A stretch of 64,000 bases of DNA, taken from NCBI GenBank assembly GCA_012729785.1, contig JAAYCL010000014.1, forward strand, positions 25,964 to 89,963, in the 5' to 3' direction. The position numbers and the translations under genes were made by a program. This DNA is from Chlamydiota bacterium (GTDB lineage: Bacteria > Auribacterota > Tritonobacteria > UBA1439). Below, piece after piece: positions 1 to 9,989 of the stretch. Each line of letters begins with the position of its first letter. Within the stretch, counting starts at the first letter, position 1. The notes below the pieces were generated by a model. That model had not been told where the DNA came from. It did not search any database and saw nothing but the letters and a program-made list of their open reading frames with translations.

Positions 1-1
1 C

Positions 2-865
2 CGCGCGATCGGGAGGATCCGGGCCGCCGTCTCCATCCCGCTCGTCGCCGATATCCATTTCGACCACCGGCTCGCCCTCATCGCGATCGGCGAGGGGGCG
101 GACGGGATCCGGATCAACCCCGGCAACATCGGCGGCGCGCGCCGCGTCGCGGAGGTCGCGAAAGCCGCCCTTGAAAGGGGGATCCCGATCCGCGTCGGGG
201 TGAACGCCGGCTCAGTGGAGAAGGGGATGCTGAAGAAGCACGGCGGGCCGACGCCCGCGGCGCTGGCGGAGAGCGCCGTCCTGGGCGCGAGGATGCTGGA
301 GGACGCGGGGCACGACCGCATCAAGATCTCGGTCAAAGCCTCCTCGGTGCGCGGCACGATCGAGGCGTACGAGCGGATCTCGAGGGCGGTCCGCTACCCG
401 CTGCACATCGGCGTCACCGAGGCGGGCCCCCCGCGCATCTCGGCGGTGCGCTCCTCCGCGGCGCTCGGTCATCTCCTCCTCGAGGGGATCGGGGACACGC
501 TTCGCGTCTCCGTGACCGGCGACCCGGTCGAGGAGGTGCTCATCGCCCGCGAGCTCCTCCAGTCCCTCGGCCTGAGGAGCTTCGGCCCCACGCTCGTCTC
601 CTGCCCCACCTGCGGCCGCACCCGGATCGACATGGTGCGGATCGTGGAGGAGGTGCAGCGCGAAATCGTCGATCTCCGCCTCCCCGTCACCGTGGCGATC
701 ATGGGCTGCGCGGTGAACGGCCCCGGCGAGGCGCGCGAGGCGGACGTGGGGCTCGCGGGCGGGAAAGGCGAGGGGCTCATCTTCCGGAAGGGGAAGGTCG
801 TCCGGAAGGTGAAGGAGAAGGAGTTCGTCCGCGCCCTAGTCGACGAGATCCGCTCCCTCGGGTGA
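2..865 (+). CDS. ispG: (E)-4-hydroxy-3-methylbut-2-enyl-diphosphate synthase, 5'-truncated by window edge
   Basis: Frame open from base 2: PLVADIHFD, RINPGNIG, YPLHIGVTEAG, SCPTCGR and MGCAVNGPGEA motifs. Confidence 0.97.
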   Translation, partial: RAIGRIRAAVSIPLVADIHFDHRLALIAIGEGADGIRINPGNIGGARRVAEVAKAALERGIPIRVGVNAGSVEKGMLKKHGGPTPAALAESAVLGARMLEDAGHDRIKISVKASSVRGTIEAYERISRAVRYPLHIGVTEAGPPRISAVRSSAALGHLLLEGIGDTLRVSVTGDPVEEVLIARELLQSLGLRSFGPTLVSCPTCGRTRIDMVRIVEEVQREIVDLRLPVTVAIMGCAVNGPGEAREADVGLAGGKGEGLIFRKGKVVRKVKEKEFVRALVDEIRSLG

Positions 866-1246
866 CCTCCCCGGCGGCAGCGCCCGCTCCGCGAGCCGGG
901 CGGCGAGACCGCCGGCGAGATACCAGGGGATGTCGGCCCAGCCGAAGACCGATCCCACCAGCAGTTCCCCCGCGGCGGTTCGACGGACGGCCTCGAGGAA
1001 CGGCGGACGCCAAAGCTGGGCGAACTCGATCAGGCAGGTCGCGGCGACGACGGCGAGGACAAGCGCCCCCGGGCGGAGGCGCGGACACAGGAGAAAGGCG
1101 AGGAGGCACCAGAAGAGCACGTAGAAGAACCCCCCGAGCGATCCCCGGATCAGCCACGCACCCGGACCGCCGTAGCGCCGTGCAAGGAGCCCCGCCGCGG
1201 CGGTGACGGCGAGGAGGAGGCAGAGGAGGCCCTGTCTTCTCGTCAA
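836..1246 (-). CDS. DUF2809-like membrane protein
   Basis: Hydrophobic 3' part of ORF 836..2254 (IEFAQLWRPPFLEAVRRT, LVGSVFGWADIPWY); TTG start overlaps chrA stop. Confidence 0.75.
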   Translation of the reverse strand: MTRRQGLLCLLLAVTAAAGLLARRYGGPGAWLIRGSLGGFFYVLFWCLLAFLLCPRLRPGALVLAVVAATCLIEFAQLWRPPFLEAVRRTAAGELLVGSVFGWADIPWYLAGGLAARLAERALPPGRSPEGADLVD

Positions 1247-2382
1247 AGCAGCGTCCTCCCCAGCCCCAGCAGCGCCCCGCCCGCGATGAGCCAGGTCGAG
1301 TTGATCCGGTACCGGAGCAGCAGGGCGATCGAGGCGCAGGCGACGAGGACGGCGAACGGGTCGCACAGCGCCTTCACGCCCAACTGCCACGTCACCGCCG
1401 CCATGAGGCCGAGCGAGGAGGCGTTGATGCCGTCGAGGAGGCCAACCGCCCACGGGGAGCGTCGTATCCGCGGGATGATCGGGTTGGTGAGGGAGACGAG
1501 GACGATCGAGGGGATGAAGATGCCGAGCGTGGCGAGCAGGGCCCCCGCAACGCCGCCGAGGAGGTAGCCGATGAAGGTGACCGTGGTGAAGAGCGGGCCG
1601 GGGGTCACCTGGCCGACGGCGATGGCGTCGAGGAGCTGCCGCTCGGTGATCCAGCCGTGGTGCGCGACGAAGTCTGCCCGGAGGAACGCCAGGAGCACGT
1701 AGCCGCTCCCGTACCAGACGGACCCGATCTTGAGGCAGGTGAGAAACAGCGCCGGGTACGACCAGTGCGCCTGCGCCGCCGAGAAGGCGCCGAGGCCGCC
1801 GAGGGGAACGATGCACGAGCCGAGCGCCCCGCGGCGGAGACGCGGCAGATTCCTCGCCGCCATCACCGCGGCCCCGCCGCCGAGGAGAAGGGCGATCTCG
1901 TTCGCCCCCGCGAGGTAGAGGGTGGCGACGAGGGCGGCGATCAGGGCGGTGCCCGCGCCCGTTACCGCCTTCCGCCCGAGAAACCAGATCGCCTGCGCGA
2001 TGATCGCGATGACCACCGGCTTGATCCCGTAGAGGAGTCCGTCGAGCTCCGGGGCGGAGCCCACGCGCACGTATCCCCAGGCGAGCGCCGTCACGATGCA
2101 CACGGCGGGGACGATGAAGCTGGCGCCGGCGACGAGGAGCCCGCGCCACCCCGCGCGCAGGAAGCCGATATGGATCGCCATCTCGGTGGAGTTGGGCCCG
2201 GGGATGAGGTTCGTCGCGCCGACGAGGTCGAGGAACCGCTGGTCGTCGAGCCATTGGCGCCGCCGCACCGTCTCGTCGTGTATCATCGCCAGGTGGGCGG
2301 CCGGGCCGCCGAAGGCGGTGGCCCCGAGGCGGAAAAAGAGCGCGGCGAGTTCGGCCAGTCTATGCGAGAGAGCCGGATTCAT
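1243..2382 (-). CDS. chrA: Chromate efflux transporter (CHR family, bidomain)
   Basis: LGATAFGGPAAH, IPGPNSTEMAIH, GSGYVL, QVTPGPLFT motifs. Confidence 0.95.
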   Translation of the reverse strand: MNPALSHRLAELAALFFRLGATAFGGPAAHLAMIHDETVRRRQWLDDQRFLDLVGATNLIPGPNSTEMAIHIGFLRAGWRGLLVAGASFIVPAVCIVTALAWGYVRVGSAPELDGLLYGIKPVVIAIIAQAIWFLGRKAVTGAGTALIAALVATLYLAGANEIALLLGGGAAVMAARNLPRLRRGALGSCIVPLGGLGAFSAAQAHWSYPALFLTCLKIGSVWYGSGYVLLAFLRADFVAHHGWITERQLLDAIAVGQVTPGPLFTTVTFIGYLLGGVAGALLATLGIFIPSIVLVSLTNPIIPRIRRSPWAVGLLDGINASSLGLMAAVTWQLGVKALCDPFAVLVACASIALLLRYRINSTWLIAGGALLGLGRTLL

Positions 2383-2409
2383 GCAGGGGCGGAATTCTCG
2401 TATCCCAGT

Positions 2410-2772
2410 CTATGTATGCAGTGCCACACGGATGCGCGAAGCGGCGGACGAAAGCCTTCGGTCCCTTGTCCAGAGGGATATGCACGTGAGGCAGGCGGAG
2501 GCGAGGAGATGCGCGTCGATCCAGCCGAGCCCCATGCCGTAGAGACGGCGGGCAGTGACGAATTGAAGCACCTCCCCGTCCGTAGCCACCCGTACAGAGG
2601 GCAAGGATTGAAGAAGGGCGAGAATTCGCTCCCGCTGGGAGATGTTCCCGCATGCCAGTTCGCCGATGACGAACGGATGGGTCGACACGCGCCCGGCGGT
2701 GAGAAGGTCCCGGAGACCGGGTTCTCCGCGGCGGAGGTGATCCACCCATACGGATGTATCGACGAGGACCAT
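2410..2772 (-). CDS. vapC: PIN-domain toxin, VapC family
   Basis: MVLVDTSVWVDHLR, HPFVIGELACG, GLGWIDAHLLAS, LWTRDRRL. Confidence 0.92.
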   Translation of the reverse strand: MVLVDTSVWVDHLRRGEPGLRDLLTAGRVSTHPFVIGELACGNISQRERILALLQSLPSVRVATDGEVLQFVTARRLYGMGLGWIDAHLLASACLTCISLWTRDRRLSSAASRIRVALHT

Positions 2773-2781
2773 GCGCGCGCC

Positions 2782-2970
2782 TCACCCGCGCCGGCGGGGA
2801 ATTCGCGCAAGGCGCGGCTCCGTGCCCCCGAGACTCGCCAGGCGCCTCGCGCTCTCAAGGGCGATGAGCGCCTCCAGTCCCATGTGCACGAGGGAGGTCT
2901 TCTCCTTCACCCCGGTCATCTCGGCCGCCTTGAGGAGGATACGGTCGTTGATGTTGAGCGTTGTTCTCAT
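2782..2970 (-). CDS. vapB: VapB-family antitoxin
   Basis: 62 aa, MRTTLNIND...EKTSLVHMGLEALI...RLASLGGTEP, directly upstream of PIN toxin. Confidence 0.88.
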   Translation of the reverse strand: MRTTLNINDRILLKAAEMTGVKEKTSLVHMGLEALIALESARRLASLGGTEPRLARIPRRRG

Positions 2971-3006
2971 GCATATAAGTATGCATTATTTATACATATG
3001 CCACAA
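2971..3006 (-). promoter_or_regulatory. Putative vapBC promoter/operator, possibly leaderless transcript
   Basis: Minus strand TTGTGG-N17-CATACT-N7-ATG; AT-rich with GCATAT...ATATGC inverted repeat. Confidence 0.5.
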
Positions 3007-3023
3007 GGTAATAACATCCCGGA

Positions 3024-3264
3024 CTATTCCTGCTGTTCGGCCGATTTGATGAGGGTATCCAACAATCCCTCGCACTTCTTGATATCTTGGCCGCTGACAT
3101 AAATCTCGAGTCCGTCAGTGACCTTCTTTACGATGAAATCACATTCATCGAGTGAAAATGTATATAGGTCATAACTGTTGACGCGTTCCTTGTGTTCATA
3201 TCCCGCCGCCATCGCCAATGTCACCCCGAAATGAAAATTTGTCATAGAGGAGTGACATTTTTTT
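3024..3264 (-). pseudogene. Probable frameshifted C-terminal part of the upstream secreted protein (or a small separate ORF)
   Basis: Protein-like sequence CHSSMTNFHFGVTLAMAAGYEHKERVNSYDLYTF... joins ORF 3196..4443 if one base of the A7 run (T7 at 3258-3264) is removed. Confidence 0.45.
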
Positions 3265-4443
3265 GACGATCTCGTTATTCGTTGAGTCCTCCCCAAGGGC
3301 CTTCCACGCTGCGCCGCAATGAGGGCATTTCCCGCCCGGCGCTTGTTCCTCTGTCTCAAATGTCTTCGTGCATTTCCAGCACCGCATGGGGCGCTTGACG
3401 GCAGCCGCTTCCGGTTCCTTATGCCGCTGCATGGTGCGCAGCATGGTGAAGGCCGCTTTCTCCTCCGGGGAGTCTTTCGTGTTCGTGAGGATGGTGAAAT
3501 GGATCATCAAGTCCTCGATGCCGAAAGCCCCCTGGGTCGCGTAGGTCCATCCGCCCGGCTTGGGGGCCTTGTCGGTAAAAGAGCAATAGTACCCCGCCAC
3601 GGAAGGATTGCAGAATTCCTGCAGTGTGAGTTTTTGCCCAACCGAGCCCGCGATATGTTTCTTGCCGAGTTGTTCTACAAGGTGCGTGAGCTTCCCTGGG
3701 CTGTTGAATCCCGCTTCGTTTCTCAAACTCCAGTAGGGTGTAATCAGAATGCTGAATTCATTGCCTGATTTCGGAGCGAATACAACGGTAGGGTTGGGGA
3801 GTTTGCCCGGGGGGGGGATGGCGTCGGACCAGGATTCCGGCACATCAAGGGTGATCGATCCGTGTTCGGGGAGGCCATAGTGCCGGGGGGCCGGCCGATC
3901 GGATAGGGCGGCTTTAGGCCTGAACCGCACTTTCCCGAGAACCTCTTTGAAGAGCTTCTCCTCTCCCGCATTGAATTTGACTTTGGAAAGATGGATATCC
4001 CCCCAGTAGCCGTCGCGGGAGAGATAGACATTCATATTCTTCTGGTTGACCTTGACGCCTTCCGTCTCTTGCACGATGTATTCGAGGATCGCCATTCCGC
4101 CGGATTCCGACATTGAGAAATCGTCTTTCCTGGTGGGCGATTTCTTCCCCCGCTCCCAGTAGAAGGCCCGGCATTCCTTCGAGTCCCCGGGGTGGTCGGC
4201 CTTCTCGAGGAAAGCGGACATGACCATGCCTGTCTTTGCATTCACGGCGAAGAAACGCGTCGCTTCTTTCGACTCGACGACCTCTTTCTCCCGGAGCACG
4301 AAACCGGGCGCCCCGAACTCGAGAACCCAGTGCAACTGCGGGAGGGTCAGCGTGATGGTCTCTCCGGCGATTTCAGCCCCGTGCGCGAGAAGCGGAACGG
4401 ACAGCAGGCACGGGAGAAGCAGTGCGAGGACTGTTATCTTCAT
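3196..4443 (-). CDS. Secreted hypothetical protein with late zinc-ribbon motif
   Basis: Signal peptide MKITVLALLLPCLLSVPLLAHGA; CWKC...CPHC; GC lower than flanks. Confidence 0.75.
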   Translation of the reverse strand: MKITVLALLLPCLLSVPLLAHGAEIAGETITLTLPQLHWVLEFGAPGFVLREKEVVESKEATRFFAVNAKTGMVMSAFLEKADHPGDSKECRAFYWERGKKSPTRKDDFSMSESGGMAILEYIVQETEGVKVNQKNMNVYLSRDGYWGDIHLSKVKFNAGEEKLFKEVLGKVRFRPKAALSDRPAPRHYGLPEHGSITLDVPESWSDAIPPPGKLPNPTVVFAPKSGNEFSILITPYWSLRNEAGFNSPGKLTHLVEQLGKKHIAGSVGQKLTLQEFCNPSVAGYYCSFTDKAPKPGGWTYATQGAFGIEDLMIHFTILTNTKDSPEEKAAFTMLRTMQRHKEPEAAAVKRPMRCWKCTKTFETEEQAPGGKCPHCGAAWKALGEDSTNNEIVKKMSLLYDKFSFRGDIGDGGGI

Positions 4444-4483
4444 GCAATGTCCCCGAAATAAACCTTATGAGGAATGCTCGCGC

Positions 4484-4807
4484 TTAATAGTAGACCGCGA
4501 GCCAGACCGTTTCCCGGTCGGGGTCGGTCCACTCCACGCGGTGCCGCGCATGCGCCGGGATGACAAGCTGGTCGCCGACGGAGAGCAGGCGGGGGGACGA
4601 CTCCCCCTCGAACAGGATCCCCGCCCCGCCCTGCAGCACCAGCACCCACTCGTTCCGCGTTCCGTCGTACCAGAATCCCTCGGGCGATGCGTACCCGCGC
4701 GGGGAGATGATGCGCTCGATGGTGACCGCGGAGGAACGCACGACCCGCTCGACGATCTCCGAAGCGGTGTTCGCCGGGATGTTGGAGAAGATGTTGGAGA
4801 TGCGCAT
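4484..4807 (-). CDS. Cupin-domain protein
   Basis: IERIISP...FWYD...EWVLVLQG, IPAHARHRVEWT, TVWLAVYY. Confidence 0.88.
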   Translation of the reverse strand: MRISNIFSNIPANTASEIVERVVRSSAVTIERIISPRGYASPEGFWYDGTRNEWVLVLQGGAGILFEGESSPRLLSVGDQLVIPAHARHRVEWTDPDRETVWLAVYY

Positions 4808-4964
4808 CGGCTGCTCCGGTGGCGGGGATACCCGCCTTCAGGTGGATGATTGCAGATGGCGGCCCCGGTGTCAACCGCGGGGAGATTGCATTTCCCATCG
4901 CCCCGCGGGACGGGTATACTGGTACCGCACGGTAGCGGTGTCATCCATCCCCGGGAGGCGCGGT

Positions 4965-5303
4965 ATGCACTATTGCCGGTACGCGGTCCTCGTCGCCGTG
5001 CTGGCGGTCTCGGTCCTTTTCGCACGCGCCGAGGACTACGACCATCCGTTTTTGGAGCAGCAGCTGGACGCGGAGTTCAAACAGACACACACGAAGCAGG
5101 AGATGCGGCGGAGCCGGCCCCACGCCGTCGTCGCGCCGGGGCCCGAGGGGCCGGCGGCGCCGACCCTCCTGGAGGACCGGCTGCGGGTGCTCACGCACAG
5201 GCGGGCGGAGGCCGTGCAACAGAACAAGCCGCCGCAGGAGATCGCCGCGATCGACGCCGAGATCAAGGATCTCCGGGAGCAGTTGGGCGTCCCGGGGCGG
5301 TAA
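4965..5303 (+). CDS. Secreted hypothetical protein
   Basis: GGGAGG RBS, signal peptide MHYCRYAVLVAVLAVSVLFARA, helical C-terminus. Confidence 0.7.
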   Translation: MHYCRYAVLVAVLAVSVLFARAEDYDHPFLEQQLDAEFKQTHTKQEMRRSRPHAVVAPGPEGPAAPTLLEDRLRVLTHRRAEAVQQNKPPQEIAAIDAEIKDLREQLGVPGR

Positions 5304-5373
5304 TCCGGCTGCATGCCGCCTCCGGCCCCCGGGGTCGTTGCGCGCGCAGCCCATTCCGCGAGAAGAAGACACC

Positions 5374-7110
5374 GTGGTCCAATCCCGAACCCCCCGGCAG
5401 GGCGGCGCGGCCGACGAACTCCGAAGGATCCTGCAGCGGATCGACGGGCGGGGGTACCCCGCGTACAGGGAGATCCGCGGCGCCTACGCGTTTCCGGGGT
5501 ACCGGCTCGAGGTGGACTACGTCCAGCCGGACCCGTTCGCCCCGCCCAGCCAGGTGATCGTCACCGTCCCCCGGAACGTGGCCGGCTTTCCTCCCGAACT
5601 GCTTCGCACGCCTGTCCGGGCGACCGCCCTCGAGGATTTTATCACGCGCAGATTCTACGCCCTCTCCTCGCGCGCCCGGGCGGGAAGCCGCGGCACCGGC
5701 GGGAGCGGCCTGGTCTCAATCGACCGGCCGCCGCAGGAGGTGCTGCGGCGCACCTCGGTCACCATGGGGGCGGAGGGGGTCGAGGCCCGTTTCGTCGTGG
5801 GGCTGCCGGCGCGCGGGAGGACGGTGCTGGGGCGGCAGGCGGAGGAGCTGTTCTTCCGGGAGATCCCCGCCGTTGTGGACGGGGCGCTCCGCTACGCAAA
5901 CCTCGACGCGGCGGCGGTCAGGCGGCAGGTGGAGACGGTCGAGGATGCCGAGTGCATCCGCGACGCCCTCGAGGGGAGGGGGCTCGTCGCCTTCGTCGCC
6001 GACGGGGCCATCCTGCCGCGCGTGAGCGGGGTGGACGACCGTCCGCTCGCGGAGGGGACCGTCGTCCCGTTCTGTTCGCCCCCCGGCCTGCGCGCGGAGT
6101 TCGAAACGCCGAACCGCGGGCGCGTCACGGGGATGGGTATCCCCGCGGGCGTGGTGTTGGTGGTGGGCGGCGGCTACCATGGCAAGTCCACGCTCCTCGC
6201 CGCGGTGGAGAAGGGAATCTACAACCACATCCCCGGCGACGGGAGGGAGCTCGTCGTCACGGATACGGGCGCCGTGAAGATCCGCGCCGAGGACGGCCGC
6301 GGCATCGAGAACGTGGACATCAGCCCGTTCATCTCGAATCTTCCGTTCGGGAAGGACACCTCCTCCTTCTCGACGCAGGACGCGAGCGGCTCGACCTCGC
6401 AGGCGGCCAACATACTGGAGGCGCTCGAGACGGGCGCGCGGGTGCTCCTCATCGACGAGGACACCTCCGCGACGAACTTCATGATCCGCGACGGGCGGAT
6501 GCAGCGCCTCGTGGCGAAGAAGAAGGAGCCGATCACTCCGTTCATCGACAAGGTCGGGCAGCTCGGGCGCGACCTCGGCGTCTCGACGCTGCTGGTGATG
6601 GGCGGCTCGGGCGACTACTTCGACGTCGCCGATACGGTGATCGCGATGGAGGAATATCTGCCGCGGGACGTGACCGCGGAGGCCAAACAGATCGCGCGGG
6701 ACCGCGCCGCCGCGCGGGAACGCGAGGGGGGGGACCGTTTCGGCCCGGTGAAGGCCCGGCGTCCGCTTCCCCGGAGCGTCGACCCGTCGCGCGGGAAGCG
6801 CGCGGCGAGCGTCTCCGCGAAGGGGCCCGCCACGATCCTCTTCGGCGCGCACGCCATCGACCTCTCCTGTGTCGGGGGGATCGCCGATATCAGCCAGACA
6901 AGGGCGATCGGCGATGCCCTGGTGTACCTGCGGGAGCGGTACCTGGACGGGAAGAGGACGCTCGCCGAGGCGCTCGCCCTTCTGAAACGGGATCTCGACG
7001 AGAAGGGGATGGACATCCTCTCGCCGTATCGCCGGGGCGACTATGCGCTGCCGCGGATGTTCGAGGTGGCGGCGGCGCTCAACCGTCTGCGCACGCTCCG
7101 GTGCGTCTAG
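5374..7110 (+). CDS. ABC-class ATPase domain protein (COG3044-like)
   Basis: IDGRGYPAY, DYVQPDPFAPPS, Walker A GGGYHGKST, KIRAEDGR, LLIDEDTSATNFM. Confidence 0.9.
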   Translation: MVQSRTPRQGGAADELRRILQRIDGRGYPAYREIRGAYAFPGYRLEVDYVQPDPFAPPSQVIVTVPRNVAGFPPELLRTPVRATALEDFITRRFYALSSRARAGSRGTGGSGLVSIDRPPQEVLRRTSVTMGAEGVEARFVVGLPARGRTVLGRQAEELFFREIPAVVDGALRYANLDAAAVRRQVETVEDAECIRDALEGRGLVAFVADGAILPRVSGVDDRPLAEGTVVPFCSPPGLRAEFETPNRGRVTGMGIPAGVVLVVGGGYHGKSTLLAAVEKGIYNHIPGDGRELVVTDTGAVKIRAEDGRGIENVDISPFISNLPFGKDTSSFSTQDASGSTSQAANILEALETGARVLLIDEDTSATNFMIRDGRMQRLVAKKKEPITPFIDKVGQLGRDLGVSTLLVMGGSGDYFDVADTVIAMEEYLPRDVTAEAKQIARDRAAAREREGGDRFGPVKARRPLPRSVDPSRGKRAASVSAKGPATILFGAHAIDLSCVGGIADISQTRAIGDALVYLRERYLDGKRTLAEALALLKRDLDEKGMDILSPYRRGDYALPRMFEVAAALNRLRTLRCV

Positions 7111-7263
7111 ACCTCCGGGGCGTCCGCCTCCCGGCGGAGACGGGCGCGCCCCGCGGGCTCGGAGGGGCCGTCGTCGTCGGACGCCGTCACGGGTACGGCC
7201 TTCCCGCCGGCGCGGGGCGGATGCCGCGGCTGGAATCGCGCAGTCGATGAGGAGGAGCGAGCC

Positions 7264-7752
7264 GTGCGGATCGTCGTGCAGCGGGTTCGGGCGGCGTCCG
7301 TGGAGGCCGGGGGGGCGACCGTCGCCGCGACGGGGCCCGGTCTCCTGATTTTCGTCGGCGTCGGGAGGGGGGACGGCGAGGAAGACGCCGCCTGGCTCGC
7401 GGAGAAGGTCGCCCATCTCCGCGTCTTCGAGGACGCGGGGGGCAGGATGAACCTCTCGATCCTCGACGCGGGGGGGGAGGCGCTCGTGGTGTCGCAGTTC
7501 ACCCTGTACGGCGACTGCCGGAGGGGGCGCCGGCCGGGTTTCGACGCGGCCGCCCGGCCGGAACAGGGAAAGGCGCTGTACGAGAGATTCGTCGAGCTGC
7601 TCCGGGGAGGCGGGGTGCCGGTGCAGACGGGGCGCTTCGGGGCGACGATGCTCGTGAGGATCGAAAACGACGGGCCGGTGACGCTGTGCGTGGAGAGCCC
7701 GCGGGACGCGCGCGGGCATGCCGGAGGGGCGCGAACGGCGAACGGCGCGTGA
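7264..7752 (+). CDS. dtd: D-aminoacyl-tRNA deacylase
   Basis: MRIVVQRV, VSQFTL, NDGPVT motifs. Confidence 0.97.
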   Translation: MRIVVQRVRAASVEAGGATVAATGPGLLIFVGVGRGDGEEDAAWLAEKVAHLRVFEDAGGRMNLSILDAGGEALVVSQFTLYGDCRRGRRPGFDAAARPEQGKALYERFVELLRGGGVPVQTGRFGATMLVRIENDGPVTLCVESPRDARGHAGGARTANGA

Positions 7753-7795
7753 AACCTTCCCCGCGGGAGACGGAATGTGGCATAATCGCCCCCTG

Positions 7796-8554
7796 ATGAA
7801 GATACTGCTCACAAACGACGACGGGATCAACGCGCCCGGGCTCAACGCCCTTCAGGCGCAGATGAAAAAGCACGGAGAGGTCGCGATCGTCGCGCCCGAC
7901 AGCGAGCGGAGCGCGGTCGGGCACGCCATCACGACCGTGGACCCGCTCAGGGTCGTCGAGGTCAAGCGGAACGGTTCCCTCTACGGCCTCGCCGTCTCCG
8001 GGACCCCGGCGGACTGCGTGAAGATCGCCGTCAAGTCGCTCCTCCCCTGGCGTCCCGATCTCGTGATCTCCGGGATCAACCAGGGGCCGAACACGGGGAT
8101 GAACGTCATCTACTCGGGGACCGTCTCCGCCGCCACGGAGGCGACGATGCTGGGGATCCCCGCCTTCGCCGTCTCCCTTGACAGCTTCACCGTGCGCGAG
8201 TTCGGCCCCGCCGCAGAGTTCGCCGCGCGTCTGGCGGGGATCGTCGCGCGGAAGGGACTGCCGTCAGGGGTGCTCCTCAACGTGAACATCCCCGTGCTCC
8301 CGAGATCGGCGATGCGCGGCGTGCGTGTGACGCGGCAGGGGATGGCGCGGTTCTCCGAGGAGTTTCACAAGCGGGTGGATCCCCGCGGGCACGCCTACTG
8401 GTGGCTCGGGGGGGAGCTGCTCGAGATGCAGGAGGATGAGGAGACCGACAGCGCCGCGCTGCGGGCCGGGTTCATCTCGGTGACCCCGCTGCATTTCGAC
8501 ATGACCGCCTACGAGAGCATTGCGGCGATAGGGAAGTGGAAGCTGAAGCGATGA
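7796..8554 (+). CDS. surE: 5'/3'-nucleotidase SurE
   Basis: MKILLTNDDGI, GTPADCV, SGINQGPN, YSGTVSAA. Confidence 0.97.
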   Translation: MKILLTNDDGINAPGLNALQAQMKKHGEVAIVAPDSERSAVGHAITTVDPLRVVEVKRNGSLYGLAVSGTPADCVKIAVKSLLPWRPDLVISGINQGPNTGMNVIYSGTVSAATEATMLGIPAFAVSLDSFTVREFGPAAEFAARLAGIVARKGLPSGVLLNVNIPVLPRSAMRGVRVTRQGMARFSEEFHKRVDPRGHAYWWLGGELLEMQEDEETDSAALRAGFISVTPLHFDMTAYESIAAIGKWKLKR

Positions 8555-8622
8555 AGGCCGCGGCCGGCGGCACGCCGCACGGCGGCGGACGCGCGGAGCT
8601 GGCGGCAATCGGGAGGAACGGC

Positions 8623-9027
8623 ATGAGCACGAGGAGGGCGCTGGTTGCGGCGATGGCGGTTGCGTTGCTGGGGGCGGGTGCAGTGGCGCGGGCGGAGGCG
8701 GCACGGATCGAGACCGCCGACACCGCGTCGCGGAACGCGAGCGGCAAATTCGGCCGCGGCATCGTCAACGTCCTGACGGGGTGGGGCGAACTGATCAGAT
8801 GCCCCTTGGAGATCACGCAGGACCGCGGCCGGCTCCTCGGATTCACCTGGGGCCCGCTGAAGGGGATCGCGATGACGGTAATCCGGAGCGTGGTGGGCGT
8901 CCTGGAGACGGGCCTCTTCTTCTACCCGCTCCCCGGCAACTACGACCCGATGCTCCAGCCCGAGTTCATCTGGCCCGGCGATATCTTCATCAAGGACGCC
9001 GCTCCACCCGCGTCCGCTGTCCGTTGA
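8623..9027 (+). CDS. Exosortase system-associated protein (TIGR04073-like)
   Basis: Signal peptide then KFGRGIVNVLTGWGEL...GVLETGLFFYPLP...PEFIW. Confidence 0.75.
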   Translation: MSTRRALVAAMAVALLGAGAVARAEAARIETADTASRNASGKFGRGIVNVLTGWGELIRCPLEITQDRGRLLGFTWGPLKGIAMTVIRSVVGVLETGLFFYPLPGNYDPMLQPEFIWPGDIFIKDAAPPASAVR

Positions 9028-9053
9028 CCGGCCGGGGGGGCGGGCCGCCGCGT

Positions 9054-9989
9054 ATGACGCCATCCGATGCCGCCCCGTGCCGGGGCCCGCTCCTGGGGGC
9101 GCACGTCTCCATCGCGGGGGGGGTCGGGCAGGCGCTGCGCAGCGGCGCGGAACTCCGTTGCGAGGCCGTCCAGATCTTCGTCAAGAGCAACGTCCAGTGG
9201 CGCATGCCGCCCCTCCGCCGGGAGGAGCGCGTCGACTTCCTCTCGGCGCGCCGCAGGCTCGGCATCCTCGTCTTCGCCCACTCCTCCTACCTCATCAACC
9301 TCGCCTCCGCCGATGTCCGCGTCCGGAGAAGATCGATCGGATCGCTCGGGGCGGAACTGCGGCGCTGCGCGGCGCTCGGTCTCCCGTTCATCGTCCTCCA
9401 TCCCGGGGCGCACGGAGGCGCGGGGCCGAAGGAGGGGATCCGAAAGATCGCCGCGGGGCTCGACGAGGCGCTCGACGCCGCGGGGACCGGGGGGCCGAAG
9501 GTGCTCCTCGAAACGACAGCGGGCCAGGGGACGAGCGTCGGGGGGAGGTTCGAGGAGCTCGCGGAGATCATCGCGGCCTCGCGCCGCGCGGAACGGCTGG
9601 GGGTCTGCTTCGACACGTGCCACGTCTTCGCCGCGGGGTACGACATCCGCACCCCGAACGGCTACGCGCGCACGATGGGGGAGTTCGACCGCCTCGTCGG
9701 CCTGCGGCGCCTGGAGGCGTTTCACCTGAACGACTGCAAAGGGTCGCTCGGCGCGCGCCTCGACCGGCACACGCACATCGGCAGGGGAACAGTCGGCCTC
9801 GGGGCGTTCAGGGCGCTCCTGCACGACCGGCGTTTCGAGGGGTTGCCGATGGTGCTCGAGACGCCGAAGGGCGACGGGATGGCGATGGACCGTCGGAATC
9901 TCGCGGTGCTGCGGAAGCTGCGGAAGGCGGGAGGGGGCCGGAGGCGTGCTCCGCGGCCGGTGCGAAGCCGGGCGAAAGATGCTGAATAA
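9054..9989 (+). CDS. nfo: Endonuclease IV
   Basis: LGAHVSIAGG, HSSYLINLAS, LLETTAGQG, CFDTCH, HLND, DRH, LETP. Confidence 0.96.
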   Translation: MTPSDAAPCRGPLLGAHVSIAGGVGQALRSGAELRCEAVQIFVKSNVQWRMPPLRREERVDFLSARRRLGILVFAHSSYLINLASADVRVRRRSIGSLGAELRRCAALGLPFIVLHPGAHGGAGPKEGIRKIAAGLDEALDAAGTGGPKVLLETTAGQGTSVGGRFEELAEIIAASRRAERLGVCFDTCHVFAAGYDIRTPNGYARTMGEFDRLVGLRRLEAFHLNDCKGSLGARLDRHTHIGRGTVGLGAFRALLHDRRFEGLPMVLETPKGDGMAMDRRNLAVLRKLRKAGGGRRRAPRPVRSRAKDAE

